Shown: positions 9,412 to 19,369, numbered from the stretch's first letter. The stretch: 64,000 bases of DNA from Chitinivibrionales bacterium (GCA_038247415.1 JBBRUX010000006.1:32001-96000), one strand, 5' to 3'. Notes: a model not told the origin generated them from the sequence alone. Numbers and translations: made by a program.

Positions 9412-10782
9412 GTGAAATTTAAGATATTAATCAAACGCTGTGAAGATCCCGATCGTGCAGCCAATATTGCTGAGGAAATAGCAAAGTGGTCTGGCACCAG
9501 GGTGTCTGTGGTCAGCGCAGCCCTCATGACCAAAGATGTTTGTGTTAAAAAAGAAGCTGAACAAGAAGAAGCATATGCGCTAAAAGCTCAGTTTGAGAGC
9601 TATGGTGCAGAGGTTGTTTTGGAAAAAATAGCCGAAACTGCTTCTGCTCGTGTTGCGGCATCTATGGTTGCAGCGCCTGCAATGGTCGCGGCTGCGGCAA
9701 AGCCAAAGGCACAAGCTCCAGTTGTAAAAAAGCAAGTAGTAAATAATGATGATGATGACGATGATGATGAAGATGGCGAAGAGAGCCGACTTTTAACAAC
9801 TGAAGAGTTTTTAGCAAAAGTTAAAACACGTGAAGATATTTTTGTTATTCCAAAAGAACGTCGCCTTGCAAGTCTCGAAGGTGTATTTCTAGTATTAGGT
9901 ATAATTTCCGGGATTTGGTTTACAACCATTGAAATTCGGAGAACGGCAACAGATTTCTTTGACAAAATGCCCACAGAAAATACGGGTAAATTTGTTACCA
10001 AAGAAATTGATGCCCAATTAGATAAGCCTAAAGAAGAACCTAAACAGAAGATCGAATCTGAAACAAAAACACTTAAGCAGTCAAAAAGCAAAGGTGCTGG
10101 AGGAACAACGGGTGGTGGTGGAGATCCACGAGCACGCGTAACAAAACAAGGTGTTTTGGGTATTATCTCTGGCCAGGTTAAAGGTAAATATGTTGCTTCT
10201 GCTGACGTTTTTGGCAAAGGCGGTTTTGCCTCAGGTATCGATGCAATCCTCTCCGGCGTTGGAGGCCTCGCTGCAGGTGGTGGCGGTGGTGTAGGACGCA
10301 AAGGTGCTGCTGGTATCGGCTATGGAGCTGGGTATGGCAGTGGCTTTGGTGGTGGTGGTGGTGGTATAGACGATCTCATTGGTGGTCTTATGTCTGGTGA
10401 TGGACAAGGATCTCTTGGTTCTAGGCTTAAAGGCCATAAGGCATTGACAGTTGCCGAACCATCCTTTGCAAAAGGTGGAGCACTTACCGGTGGTCGCAGC
10501 ATGGCAAGTATTCGCCAGGTTGTTATGCAAAATCTTCCAGCGCTTCGTTATGCTTATGTTAAACGTTTACGAGAAAAGCCCGGTTTGCAAGGTAAAATAA
10601 CCTTGAAATTTGCGATTGACGAATTCGGAAATGTAATATTTTGTTCTGTTGTCAATTCTGCTATGGCAGATCCAGATCTTGAAGAAGAAATCAAAGGCAA
10701 AATCAAACGTTGGGCTTTTGGAAAAATCGACAAACCTGGTGATGTAACAGAAGTTATTTATCCGTTTGTCTTCTCGCAATGA
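9412..10782 (+). CDS. TonB-like energy transducer with AgmX/PglI C-terminal domain (GltG-like)
   Basis: GTG start after GGAGG; cytoplasmic N-domain, poly-Asp linker, single TM, Gly-rich linker, C-terminal LRYAYVKRLREKPGLQGKITLKFAI…YPFVF. Confidence 0.85.
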   Translation: MKFKILIKRCEDPDRAANIAEEIAKWSGTRVSVVSAALMTKDVCVKKEAEQEEAYALKAQFESYGAEVVLEKIAETASARVAASMVAAPAMVAAAAKPKAQAPVVKKQVVNNDDDDDDDEDGEESRLLTTEEFLAKVKTREDIFVIPKERRLASLEGVFLVLGIISGIWFTTIEIRRTATDFFDKMPTENTGKFVTKEIDAQLDKPKEEPKQKIESETKTLKQSKSKGAGGTTGGGGDPRARVTKQGVLGIISGQVKGKYVASADVFGKGGFASGIDAILSGVGGLAAGGGGGVGRKGAAGIGYGAGYGSGFGGGGGGIDDLIGGLMSGDGQGSLGSRLKGHKALTVAEPSFAKGGALTGGRSMASIRQVVMQNLPALRYAYVKRLREKPGLQGKITLKFAIDEFGNVIFCSVVNSAMADPDLEEEIKGKIKRWAFGKIDKPGDVTEVIYPFVFSQ

Positions 10783-10865
10783 TTATTGTATACTTAATGT
10801 AATTGTTGTGTTGCTGTGAGGTTGCACTATTGTTTACTAGTAATCAGAGGGGGAGGGTAGTCGAC

Positions 10866-12125
10866 ATGAAAAGAATTCTGATCGCCTTAGCTTTAACCGG
10901 ATTTTTTGTCGCTTTGCATGCCTCGGATTCCAGAATAATTGCCTTAGGTAGGCATGATGCCTTTTTCATGGATGATTATAGCATTTTCCGCAACCCGGCA
11001 AATGTGAATGTATATCCAAATATGGTGTTTGGTTCTGGTGGATATTATAGCGAAGAAGATAATCCAGTTAAATCTACTAGTTCTAGCGATCTTTCTGCGT
11101 TAAGAGCAACGAATCGCGATCCGGTTCGGCCTTATGCAGGAGGAATTGTTTCCTATTCTCTGAATCAATCTGCTGAAGGCGGGAATCAATATCCGATGAT
11201 TTCTATCGGAGCAGCATTTAATCGATACGATAAAATGTTGCAATATTTAATTCCTGGAACACCAGAGTTCTCTAATGCATTTAGCGTTGATAGCTCATTT
11301 GCAATGCCTCGGCCTGTAGGTAAAATTGATCTTATGGGTGGGTACGCTCTGGCCAATGGAGGGATGATTGGTTTTGGTAGCTATTTGGCATTTCAGAATG
11401 ATTCTAGTAGTATTAAAACAGCAAGTTTGTATAAGGGAACTCTTGGATTAAATATGCCTATTGCAAAGGCTACAGATCTTGAGGTTTCTCTGGGCATTGG
11501 CGCTGTTAATGCTATTGGGACTAAGAAAGATGTATTGGGGAATGTCATGCCAGATACACTCGCTAGTGCCAGCGGTAACAGCGATTTTATGCTTGAAGCA
11601 GATGGCAGAATTTTCCAGGCGCTTACGGTCCTCAACGGTGATATTGTTCCCCATTTAAAGGTTAATATGGTTAATCTCAAGCAGTTTGCATTGTTTGAAA
11701 TTGCTTGTGGTGTGGGAATGAATATTAATGTTGATAAGGGTTTTGGATGGGCAGGACTTGAATTTTTGTATGAACAAAAAGATTTATCGCCTGCATCAAA
11801 TTCAAAAACCGCTACAGATGGTTATGGTGGAAGAGTCAGTTTTGGATTTGAACGCAATATTATTTGGGATTGGTTTTTGCTTAGAGCTGGAATTTGTAAA
11901 AAATTGCTCTATGTTAAAAATGGCTCAGATGGATATTGGCTTGAAAATGCTGAAGCTGACAAATCTGATAACGATTTTCTGGGGATTGGTGTTGGTGCAA
12001 ATATCGAAAACAGACTCAAAATCGATGCTGTCATCGCAGAGGATGTTCTCTTTACTTTTACCAATCTGATTAGCAAGCCTCAGGATCATATTCTGACTCG
12101 TTTCTCGGCAAGCTATAGTTTTTGA
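10866..12125 (+). CDS. Putative outer-membrane beta-barrel protein
   Basis: RBS GGGGAGG, signal peptide MKRILIAL…LHA, NPA motif (FRNPAN), amphipathic strands, C-terminal aromatic BAM-type signal (ASYSF). Confidence 0.7.
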   Translation: MKRILIALALTGFFVALHASDSRIIALGRHDAFFMDDYSIFRNPANVNVYPNMVFGSGGYYSEEDNPVKSTSSSDLSALRATNRDPVRPYAGGIVSYSLNQSAEGGNQYPMISIGAAFNRYDKMLQYLIPGTPEFSNAFSVDSSFAMPRPVGKIDLMGGYALANGGMIGFGSYLAFQNDSSSIKTASLYKGTLGLNMPIAKATDLEVSLGIGAVNAIGTKKDVLGNVMPDTLASASGNSDFMLEADGRIFQALTVLNGDIVPHLKVNMVNLKQFALFEIACGVGMNINVDKGFGWAGLEFLYEQKDLSPASNSKTATDGYGGRVSFGFERNIIWDWFLLRAGICKKLLYVKNGSDGYWLENAEADKSDNDFLGIGVGANIENRLKIDAVIAEDVLFTFTNLISKPQDHILTRFSASYSF

Positions 12126-12166
12126 TTATGGTACAATTCGAACGTTTCTTGAATTAGTATAAAAGG

Positions 12167-12200
12167 AGGGATGAGAAATTCTGTTTCTCATCCCTTTTTT
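12167..12200 (+). terminator. Intrinsic terminator
   Basis: AGGGATGAGAAA-ttctg-TTTCTCATCCCT followed by a T run. Confidence 0.8.
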
Positions 12201-12279
12201 ATTTCATTCTTTGTTATAACTTTGCAATTCATTATTTTCGATATATATATAACAAATTCACTTATCGCAGGGGGGTTAC

Positions 12280-13755
12280 ATGAAATTTAGGATTCTTATT
12301 GCAAGTGCTCTTGCTGTGGCGGTTGTGCTTGGTGGCTGTGGTCTTGTAAAAAAAGAAAAGCCAACGCTTACAATTCTCCTCAGAATGATGCCTGCGCAAG
12401 AACGCTTTTTGCGTGAAGAAATTGTTCCAAATTTCGAAAAAGAAAATAGTTGCGTTGTTAAAATTGCAAATTTTGATAACGAATGGGATATTGAGCGGCT
12501 TCTTAAGCTTGATGCTGGAAAAAAGAAACCTGACATAGATCTTGTAAAAACTCCTTTTGAACAAACAAGAGTTTTAGCTTCTAAAGGTTATATGCAGGAT
12601 CTTTTTGGTGTTATGGATTCCGATCATGTCATGATGGATCTTGCAGAATATCATGCATTGGCAAGCGGACTTGGATATTTCGATAATAAGCCTTATTATA
12701 TTCCAAGAAAACTTGAAACGCGCATTATGTTCTATCGTAAATCGATGGTTGCAGATGCTGTTGCAAAATTCGATGGGCTTAAAAAGCAAATCAATGATGA
12801 TCTCAAAAAACTGAATGGCTATGGACTTCCTAAGGACTATGCGCTTGAAGCGGATCCTTCTCAGTGGGATTTTTATGATGTATACGTTGCGGGAAAAATT
12901 TGGGCTTCTGTCGACTATAATGGCGTGAAAATGGGACGCATTGCTCATCGTGGCGCTCATTATGGCGGTACCGCGCTCGATCTTATCGATAAAGCATTGC
13001 AGCTTGGTGCAACTAAAGATGATGTGCTAAAGCTGACATCTGATAAAGCTTTAGAAACCTTCTTGTGGGAAGCTATTTTTGTTAAAGAAGGTGTTTATAA
13101 TTTAAGCATGTGGCAAGATAAGTGGAAGGGCACCGATCTTTACAATGGGATAAAAGACGGCAAAGTATTTTTGACTTTTGTTCAGCAGATAGACTGTTTT
13201 AATATTCATGGATGGCCAGATGATCCTGGTATGCCGGGATATTTGCCTGATGCGAACGATTTTGGACTTGCTGGTATGCCTTTGGCTGTATCGTTTGATC
13301 TCAAATCGGATGGTACTCCTGCATTTGTTGGCAAAAAAGCAATTTCTACCGGTGGTTGGTGGTGGGGCATACCTAAGGCAAGCTCACATAAAAAACTGGC
13401 ATATCAGTTTAGCCGATTTATTACTAATCGTGAAAATCAGGCAAAAGAGTGCTCTCGTTTTGGTATGATTCCAGTCCGTAAAGACGTGCTCAATAATCTC
13501 CCAGAAGTGTTTGCGCAAGGATGGGTGGGAGATATCTTTAAAACATCGGTAGATCAGATTAAAACGAATGATTTAACAACAGTTCCTCTTACACCAAGTT
13601 ATACTCCAATAAGCCAGCTGTATGTTGATGCTTGGTATGCTTTATGTGTAGATGGAGCTGTGGTGCCTAATGCAAAGGTGGATAAAGCAACGCTTAAAGC
13701 CGCCCTTATTTCTGGCTTTGAAGCAAAGGAAAAAGAAGCTCTTGGAGCACATTGA
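12280..13755 (+). CDS. Carbohydrate ABC transporter substrate-binding lipoprotein
   Basis: Lipobox VLGGC; SBP motifs (YYIP…MFYRKS, GGWWWGIPK); first gene of a permease-permease-ATPase operon. Confidence 0.85.
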   Translation: MKFRILIASALAVAVVLGGCGLVKKEKPTLTILLRMMPAQERFLREEIVPNFEKENSCVVKIANFDNEWDIERLLKLDAGKKKPDIDLVKTPFEQTRVLASKGYMQDLFGVMDSDHVMMDLAEYHALASGLGYFDNKPYYIPRKLETRIMFYRKSMVADAVAKFDGLKKQINDDLKKLNGYGLPKDYALEADPSQWDFYDVYVAGKIWASVDYNGVKMGRIAHRGAHYGGTALDLIDKALQLGATKDDVLKLTSDKALETFLWEAIFVKEGVYNLSMWQDKWKGTDLYNGIKDGKVFLTFVQQIDCFNIHGWPDDPGMPGYLPDANDFGLAGMPLAVSFDLKSDGTPAFVGKKAISTGGWWWGIPKASSHKKLAYQFSRFITNRENQAKECSRFGMIPVRKDVLNNLPEVFAQGWVGDIFKTSVDQIKTNDLTTVPLTPSYTPISQLYVDAWYALCVDGAVVPNAKVDKATLKAALISGFEAKEKEALGAH

Positions 13756-13764
13756 TAGTCTTTC

Positions 13765-14658
13765 ATGAATCTGCGTTATAAAGCGCTTCTTCCAAAAATC
13801 CAGGAGATCTGGCCGCTCTTTCCAGCGGCCTTCTATCTTCTGGGTTTTCTTGTTATTGTATCTGTTTATTTAGTTGGTCTCACATTTTCTGCTGTCCATA
13901 ATTCAGAGACAATATTCCCGACTTTCCAATCGATACATGCGGTTTTTCAACTCCCTGCTTTTAAGAGTGCTTTTTTCAATACTGCCTTGTTTGTCATCGT
14001 AGGCACACCATTAGAACTTTTTACAGGTCTTTTGTTAGCGCTTGTATTGTATCGATCATTTGTGTTTCGAACATTCGTTCGGAGTGTATTGCTCATTCCT
14101 TTAGCCGTACCCGCATTGGTTACCGCAATTCTCCTTTTTATTCTTTTCGATTTTCCTGGCGGACATGCGAATGATGTACTATTAGGTAAATATTCTTTTT
14201 TCCCTAAATTAATTTCGGCTCCAATAAACTGGAGAGGTTCGCAATGGTTTGCATTAGGAATATCTCTCATTGGAAAAGTTTGGCGAGATATGCCTATTTC
14301 GATGCTTATTCTTCTTTCGGGAATTTCGGCAATTGACGTTGAATTGTTTGATGCTGCAAAAACAATGGGGGCTGGTTGGAGAAAACAACTTCGCTTGATC
14401 GTAATTCCGCTTATCATGCCGGCCATTTCGGCGGTTATCCTCTTACGCTCAATTGAAATGTGGAAAGAATTTATTTTTCCTTTTGTATTGGCCGGTAAGT
14501 ATCCGCTTTTGGGAACACTTATAGAATCTTTGTATAATAATTGGGGGAATCCGCATCAGGCAGCATGTGTTGCCGTAGTACTGGTTATATGTATTGTGGG
14601 ATCGTCACTTGTGTATATGTTTTTTATTGATGTGCTCAAACGATTGAGGAAAGTATAG
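13765..14658 (+). CDS. Carbohydrate ABC transporter permease (MalF/UgpA-like)
   Basis: Multiple TMs; EAA loop ELFDAAKTMGA. Confidence 0.9.
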   Translation: MNLRYKALLPKIQEIWPLFPAAFYLLGFLVIVSVYLVGLTFSAVHNSETIFPTFQSIHAVFQLPAFKSAFFNTALFVIVGTPLELFTGLLLALVLYRSFVFRTFVRSVLLIPLAVPALVTAILLFILFDFPGGHANDVLLGKYSFFPKLISAPINWRGSQWFALGISLIGKVWRDMPISMLILLSGISAIDVELFDAAKTMGAGWRKQLRLIVIPLIMPAISAVILLRSIEMWKEFIFPFVLAGKYPLLGTLIESLYNNWGNPHQAACVAVVLVICIVGSSLVYMFFIDVLKRLRKV

Positions 14659-14677
14659 CCCGTATGGTTGCAACACG

Positions 14678-15523
14678 ATGAAGCCAAAAAGAGTTCTACT
14701 TGAAACGTGGAAACAGCTAGCCTGGTTTCTTACGCTTATGGTTTCGTTGGCCATAGTGGCGATACCTTTGTATTTGTTATTCAAGTATTCGATATCTGAT
14801 ATCGGGTCTATTAATACCGGAGGTAAACCAATTCCGATATGGCCTTTTCATCCTACGCTTAAAGCTTTCATGTACCTGTTTTCAGATAAGCAGTTTTATC
14901 ATGTGCTTGTCAATAGCTTGATAATTGCGCTTGGGACCGTTGGGGTTTCCTTGCTTTTTGGGATTCCAGCATCATATATCCTGGGCAGGTATGATGTTCC
15001 TTTCAAAAAGGTATTGCTGATTGGATTGATTTCGGTTCGACTCTTCCCCGATATTGCTTCGGTCATTCCAATTGCCGAATGTTTTATTCGCTTTGAGGCA
15101 CAAAATACCTATTGGGGAATAATTTTAGCTCATTCGCTGTTGGCATTACCCTATGTCATTTTTATTGGAACCTCTGCTTTTGAGCCAATCCCCAAAGATC
15201 TAGAACAGCAGGCTATGGTCATGGGTGCAAGCAGGGGGCAAATATTCATACAAATATTACTTCCTTTGGCGGCACCCGGGCTTGCTGCCGCTGCTATATA
15301 TACTTTTTTGTTGTCGTGGGATGAGTTTATTTTCTCGTATTTTTTATTAGGGATTGGAAAGATTTCTACGCTTACGCTGTATTTAAAGCAAAAGCTCTCG
15401 TATGCGCCCCCACAAAATATTCTGGCAACGATTTCGCTTTGTTTAAGCTTGCCAGTCATTATTTTTTCGTTGCTTATGCAAAAAAATATTACCGCTGGTA
15501 TCACAACTGGCGCAGTGAAATAG
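14678..15523 (+). CDS. Carbohydrate ABC transporter permease (MalG/UgpE-like)
   Basis: IPKDLEQQAMVMGAS EAA loop; ends GITTGAVK. Confidence 0.9.
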   Translation: MKPKRVLLETWKQLAWFLTLMVSLAIVAIPLYLLFKYSISDIGSINTGGKPIPIWPFHPTLKAFMYLFSDKQFYHVLVNSLIIALGTVGVSLLFGIPASYILGRYDVPFKKVLLIGLISVRLFPDIASVIPIAECFIRFEAQNTYWGIILAHSLLALPYVIFIGTSAFEPIPKDLEQQAMVMGASRGQIFIQILLPLAAPGLAAAAIYTFLLSWDEFIFSYFLLGIGKISTLTLYLKQKLSYAPPQNILATISLCLSLPVIIFSLLMQKNITAGITTGAVK

Positions 15524-15530
15524 GATTATT

Positions 15531-16634
15531 ATGGCAGATGTTGTATTAAGAAATATTCGCAAGCGTTTTGGTGATACGACCATCATCGAGAATTTTAGCC
15601 TTGACATTCGCGATGGTGAATTCGTTACCTTGCTTGGACCCAGTGGTTGCGGAAAGACAACACTCTTACGCATGATAGCTGGGCTTGAGACTATTGATGA
15701 CGGTGATCTATTAATATCAGGAAAAAAATTCAATACTATTGCCCCTCAGAAACGTAAGATCGCCATGGTGTTTCAAACCTATGCGTTGTTTCCGCATATG
15801 ACCGTGAGGGAAAATATTCTCTTTGGATTAAAAATCAAAAAAGCATCCGTGGCTACCATGACTCAAAAATTGCAATGGGTTTTGCCGCTTCTGGATCTTA
15901 TTGGATTAGAAAATCGGTTGCCTAGGGAACTTTCTGGGGGGCAACGACAAAGAATAGCCTTGGCAAGAGCGCTTGTGCTCGATCCCGATGTATTATTGCT
16001 TGATGAACCCCTCTCTAATTTAGATGCAGCCTTGCGTGAAATGGCGATGGAGGAACTTAAGCGGATTCATCATCAAGTTGGCAAAACCATCATTTACGTA
16101 ACGCATAATCAAGTCGAAGCGATGACCATGAGTGAGCGGATTGCAATTATCAATCACGGCCGACTCGAGCAATACGATCGACCAAAAACAGTCTATGACA
16201 CCCCTCGAACAGTTTTTTCTGGGCAGTTTATTGGTAGCCCACCCATGAATTTTATTGATGGATCGATTGTTGTTAGTCAAGATAATATTGGGATAATGAC
16301 GGCGATTGGTTTTGTTTTATTGGATCGGGAGCGTACCCCGTGTGTTGAAGGAATGATTGGTCGTAAAGTTCGGGTTGGAATTCGGCCTCAGCATATTTCC
16401 TACATAGAACACCGCGCTTCTCGAAGATCATCCGATTCAAACTTTGAGCTTTTTGTAGAACTTGTTGAGGTATTAGGCGATAGAAGTCTCATTGTTGGTC
16501 GTCTTGGGGATGTTGTATTGCGTTTTCTTATAACGCGTGAGGCTGAACTGGTACCGGATCAAAAAGTCCTTGTTTTCATAGATGGAAGAAAGCTGCATCT
16601 TTTCGATCCAGACACTTCTTTGGCAATATGCTAA
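15531..16634 (+). CDS. Carbohydrate ABC transporter ATP-binding protein (MalK/UgpC family)
   Basis: Walker A GPSGCGKT, LSGGQRQR signature, LLLDEPLSNLD, TOBE-like tail. Confidence 0.95.
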   Translation: MADVVLRNIRKRFGDTTIIENFSLDIRDGEFVTLLGPSGCGKTTLLRMIAGLETIDDGDLLISGKKFNTIAPQKRKIAMVFQTYALFPHMTVRENILFGLKIKKASVATMTQKLQWVLPLLDLIGLENRLPRELSGGQRQRIALARALVLDPDVLLLDEPLSNLDAALREMAMEELKRIHHQVGKTIIYVTHNQVEAMTMSERIAIINHGRLEQYDRPKTVYDTPRTVFSGQFIGSPPMNFIDGSIVVSQDNIGIMTAIGFVLLDRERTPCVEGMIGRKVRVGIRPQHISYIEHRASRRSSDSNFELFVELVEVLGDRSLIVGRLGDVVLRFLITREAELVPDQKVLVFIDGRKLHLFDPDTSLAIC

Positions 16635-16754
16635 GAACAACACTCTCCTTTGTGTTTGATTCCAAAAAATATTTGTGCAGGTATCGTGGTTCTCGATTCA
16701 ATGGTTGTGATACGCTATTGAATCGATCCTGTAGATTATCGTATTTTGGATACT

Positions 16755-17132
16755 ATGAAAACTCATACTCGTTATCTTAAATCTGTTTCTCTTTTATCTT
16801 TGGGGCTTTTAGGGCTTTTGTTGTGTTCGTGTTTTATTGACAATGAAAAGACCATGCGCCGTAAGCTCTCCATTATTTGTCAGAGTGACCTTACCACAAC
16901 AATAGGGCAACTGAAATCAGGTGCTTCTGCCGACTCTGTTTATTTCCACATTGTTAGTTTTAAAACCTTTGCAAAAGGTGAATTTTCTGCCAAAGCAGTT
17001 GTCGATTTTTATTTGTTGAAAAATGTTCAGGTTAAAATGGTGCGTAAGTATCGTTTTAATCGGATTTTTGGACTCTGGGATCGATATTATAACGAATGGG
17101 AATTCGTTCATGATTCGACCAAGAGTAAATAG
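16755..17132 (+). CDS. Hypothetical lipoprotein
   Basis: Basic N-terminus, hydrophobic stretch and lipobox LLCSC. Confidence 0.6.
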   Translation: MKTHTRYLKSVSLLSLGLLGLLLCSCFIDNEKTMRRKLSIICQSDLTTTIGQLKSGASADSVYFHIVSFKTFAKGEFSAKAVVDFYLLKNVQVKMVRKYRFNRIFGLWDRYYNEWEFVHDSTKSK

Positions 17133-18144
17133 CCTGGCTTTAATCCTCTGGGGCCTCCTGATTGCACAACCGCTTTTAGGCGCGCCCGGTATTCCGGCAG
17201 AATTGCATCAGTCGATTCTCACCTGTATCGATTTCATTTACAAAGACCAGTTTAAGCTTTCTGACAACGAAGCCAAAAAGATTATTAAGGCATTTCCTGG
17301 ACACCCGGCTGGATATTTTTTTTATGCAGTTTCTCTTGATGCCTGGATGAATTATACGCAATCTTCTTCTAAGGAAGACGAGTTTTATCGCGCATGTGAT
17401 AAAGCAATCGAGGTAGGTGAAGCCCTTCTCGCAAAAGAGCCCGGAAATGCGTGGGCTGAATTTTTTGCGGGAGGCGCAAATGGCTATAAAGGTACCTATG
17501 AGAGTAGATATGAACGGTGGATTACCGCATTTCGCTATGGGTGGAATGGAGTATCGGTTTTAACTTCTGTTGCTAAACAAAACCCCGATCTGATTGATGC
17601 CCAGTACGGGATTGGAGCCTACGAATATTGGCGCAGTGCCATGATGAAAACCATGTGGTGGATGCCCGGGGTTCCAGATAGTAGGGCAGCGGGGATTGAA
17701 CGGCTGAGGCAAGTGCGTCTTAAAGGGGTGTATACTCGACTCTCCGCATCGGCCCAGTTAATTCTAGTCCTGCTTAATGAGAAGCGGTTTGGCGAGGCTG
17801 AGGTGCTCTGCAATGAAATGCTGGCTTTGTATCCAATGTCATTGGCCTTTTCTTTTGGCAAGGCGAATGCGCTCTTGGGTGAAGCTAACTATGCAGGAGC
17901 TGACCCACTCTTTAAAGCGCTTTTGGCAAGAGTAGAATCGGATCCTGCAAGCAATCATTATAACGCAGCATTGTGTAGGGTGTCTCTCGCCAAATCTGCT
18001 TTTATGCAGGGCAAAAAAAACGAGGCGATTGCATATAGCGATCAGGTGCTAGCATGCGCATATGCTGTGGATATCAAAAAGCGTCTCGAAAAAGTGGTTC
18101 TTGAAGTAGTAGAGGTTAAAAAGAAAGCTTTGGCACTGCCTTAA
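17110..18144 (+). CDS. Exported TPR-containing protein
   Basis: ATG 17110 gives a signal peptide (MIRPRVNSLALILWGLLIAQPLLG); helical TPR-like repeats; overlaps the upstream gene end. Confidence 0.7.
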   Translation: MIRPRVNSLALILWGLLIAQPLLGAPGIPAELHQSILTCIDFIYKDQFKLSDNEAKKIIKAFPGHPAGYFFYAVSLDAWMNYTQSSSKEDEFYRACDKAIEVGEALLAKEPGNAWAEFFAGGANGYKGTYESRYERWITAFRYGWNGVSVLTSVAKQNPDLIDAQYGIGAYEYWRSAMMKTMWWMPGVPDSRAAGIERLRQVRLKGVYTRLSASAQLILVLLNEKRFGEAEVLCNEMLALYPMSLAFSFGKANALLGEANYAGADPLFKALLARVESDPASNHYNAALCRVSLAKSAFMQGKKNEAIAYSDQVLACAYAVDIKKRLEKVVLEVVEVKKKALALP

Positions 18145-18268
18145 AAAGCTTCCGGAAATTATCGATTTGGAAGATTCGCCGCAAATGAGCTATATTTATG
18201 CGTGCTTTTTAAGTAGAATTCATCGTTCTTGGTACGAAAATATAACCTTGAAGTCATGGTTTTAAAGT

Positions 18269-18340
18269 GCCGGAATAGCTCAGTGGTAGAGCAGCTGATT
18301 CGTAATCAGCAGGTCGGCGGTTCAAGTCCGCTTTCCGGCT
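18269..18340 (+). tRNA. tRNA-Thr (anticodon CGT), CCA not encoded
   Basis: GCCGGAA/TTCCGGC acceptor stem, D-arm GCTC-AGTGGTA-GAGC, anticodon arm GCTGA-TTCGTAA-TCAGC, T-loop GGTTCAAGTCC. Confidence 0.97.
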
Positions 18341-18346
18341 TACGTT

Positions 18347-18391
18347 AAACCCTCGAAATCCTGCACATTAAGCGGTTTTGAGGGTTTTTTT
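18347..18391 (+). terminator. Intrinsic terminator after the tRNA
   Basis: AAACCCTCGAAA…TTTTGAGGGTTT stem followed by a T run. Confidence 0.65.
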
Positions 18392-18403
18392 GTGGAGGAA
18401 AAA

Positions 18404-19369
18404 ATGCGCATATTATCGGGGATTAAGCCTTCGGGGCTTCTGCATGTTGGCAATTATGTAGGCATGATTCGGCCAATGGTAGAATCACAAAAACGGGGAG
18501 AATTGCTCTGCTTTATTGCAGATATGCATAGCCTTACTACGCTTTTTGATGGTACGGCGTTACGGGATAACACGACCAATGCACTGGTCGATCTTATCGC
18601 GCTTGGTATCGATCCTTTGCATTCTGTTCTCTGGGTTCAATCGGATGTTCCTGAAGTGGCTGAGCTTTCGTGGTATTTAAGTAATGTTACGCCTATGGGG
18701 CTTTTAGAGCGCTGCCATGCCTATAAAGATGCGATTGCTCGAAACGTTCCGGCAAATCATGGCATTTTTGCGTACCCGGTTCTCATGGCAGCCGATATTC
18801 TATTATATCAATCAAATGTTGTTCCTGTTGGTAAAGATCAGAAACAGCATGTTGAAGTGACGCGTGATATCGCGATTCGCTTTAATCAGATCTATGGAGA
18901 AACCTTTGTTATTCCTCTTCCAGAAATCGCCTCTGAGGTAGCACTCATTCCGGGGACTGATGGTCAGAAAATGTCGAAATCATATGGCAATATTATCGAA
19001 ATTTTTGGTGAGGAAAAGAGTTTTAAGAAAAAAATCATGGGAATTATCACCGATTCTCTTCCTGTAGAGGCGCCAAAGGATCCCGAAACTTCGACCATTT
19101 TTCAGCTTTACACATTGTTTGCTCCATCTGCTGATACGAGTGCTTTTTCCGATCGGTTACGAGCAGGCGGTATGGGGTACGGAGATGCTAAAAAAGAGCT
19201 TTTTGCGTTAGTATGGGAGTATTTGGCTCCCTTCCGCGCTAAACGAGCACAGCTTGTGCAGAATCAGGATTATATTACAGAAATTCGTCGGCACGGGGCA
19301 GATAAAGCCAGGGCAATGGCGACAAAAACAATTGATCTGGTGCGAAGTCGGCTAGGTATGGGACGATAA
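18404..19369 (+). CDS. trpS: Tryptophan--tRNA ligase
   Basis: GGAGG RBS; SGIKPSGLLHVGN (HIGH), YPVLMAADIL, VPVGKDQKQH, KMSKS. Confidence 0.97.
   Translation: MRILSGIKPSGLLHVGNYVGMIRPMVESQKRGELLCFIADMHSLTTLFDGTALRDNTTNALVDLIALGIDPLHSVLWVQSDVPEVAELSWYLSNVTPMGLLERCHAYKDAIARNVPANHGIFAYPVLMAADILLYQSNVVPVGKDQKQHVEVTRDIAIRFNQIYGETFVIPLPEIASEVALIPGTDGQKMSKSYGNIIEIFGEEKSFKKKIMGIITDSLPVEAPKDPETSTIFQLYTLFAPSADTSAFSDRLRAGGMGYGDAKKELFALVWEYLAPFRAKRAQLVQNQDYITEIRRHGADKARAMATKTIDLVRSRLGMGR

Noticed and set aside
9745..10365. (GAT)n and (GGT)6 simple repeats in the TonB-like gene, and the long antisense ORF 9600..10301
   Set aside because: In-frame low-complexity poly-Asp and poly-Gly linkers. The antisense ORF is a shadow of that codon bias.
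16693..16726. Inverted repeat TCGATTCAAT…ATTGAATCGA after the ABC ATPase gene
   Set aside because: Single copy, no T tract and no recognisable riboswitch motif; cannot distinguish operator, stabiliser or chance.
18269..18340. tRNA-Thr as an integration site for an island or prophage
   Set aside because: No integrase and no duplicated tRNA 3' end were seen, and the flanking genes look chromosomal.
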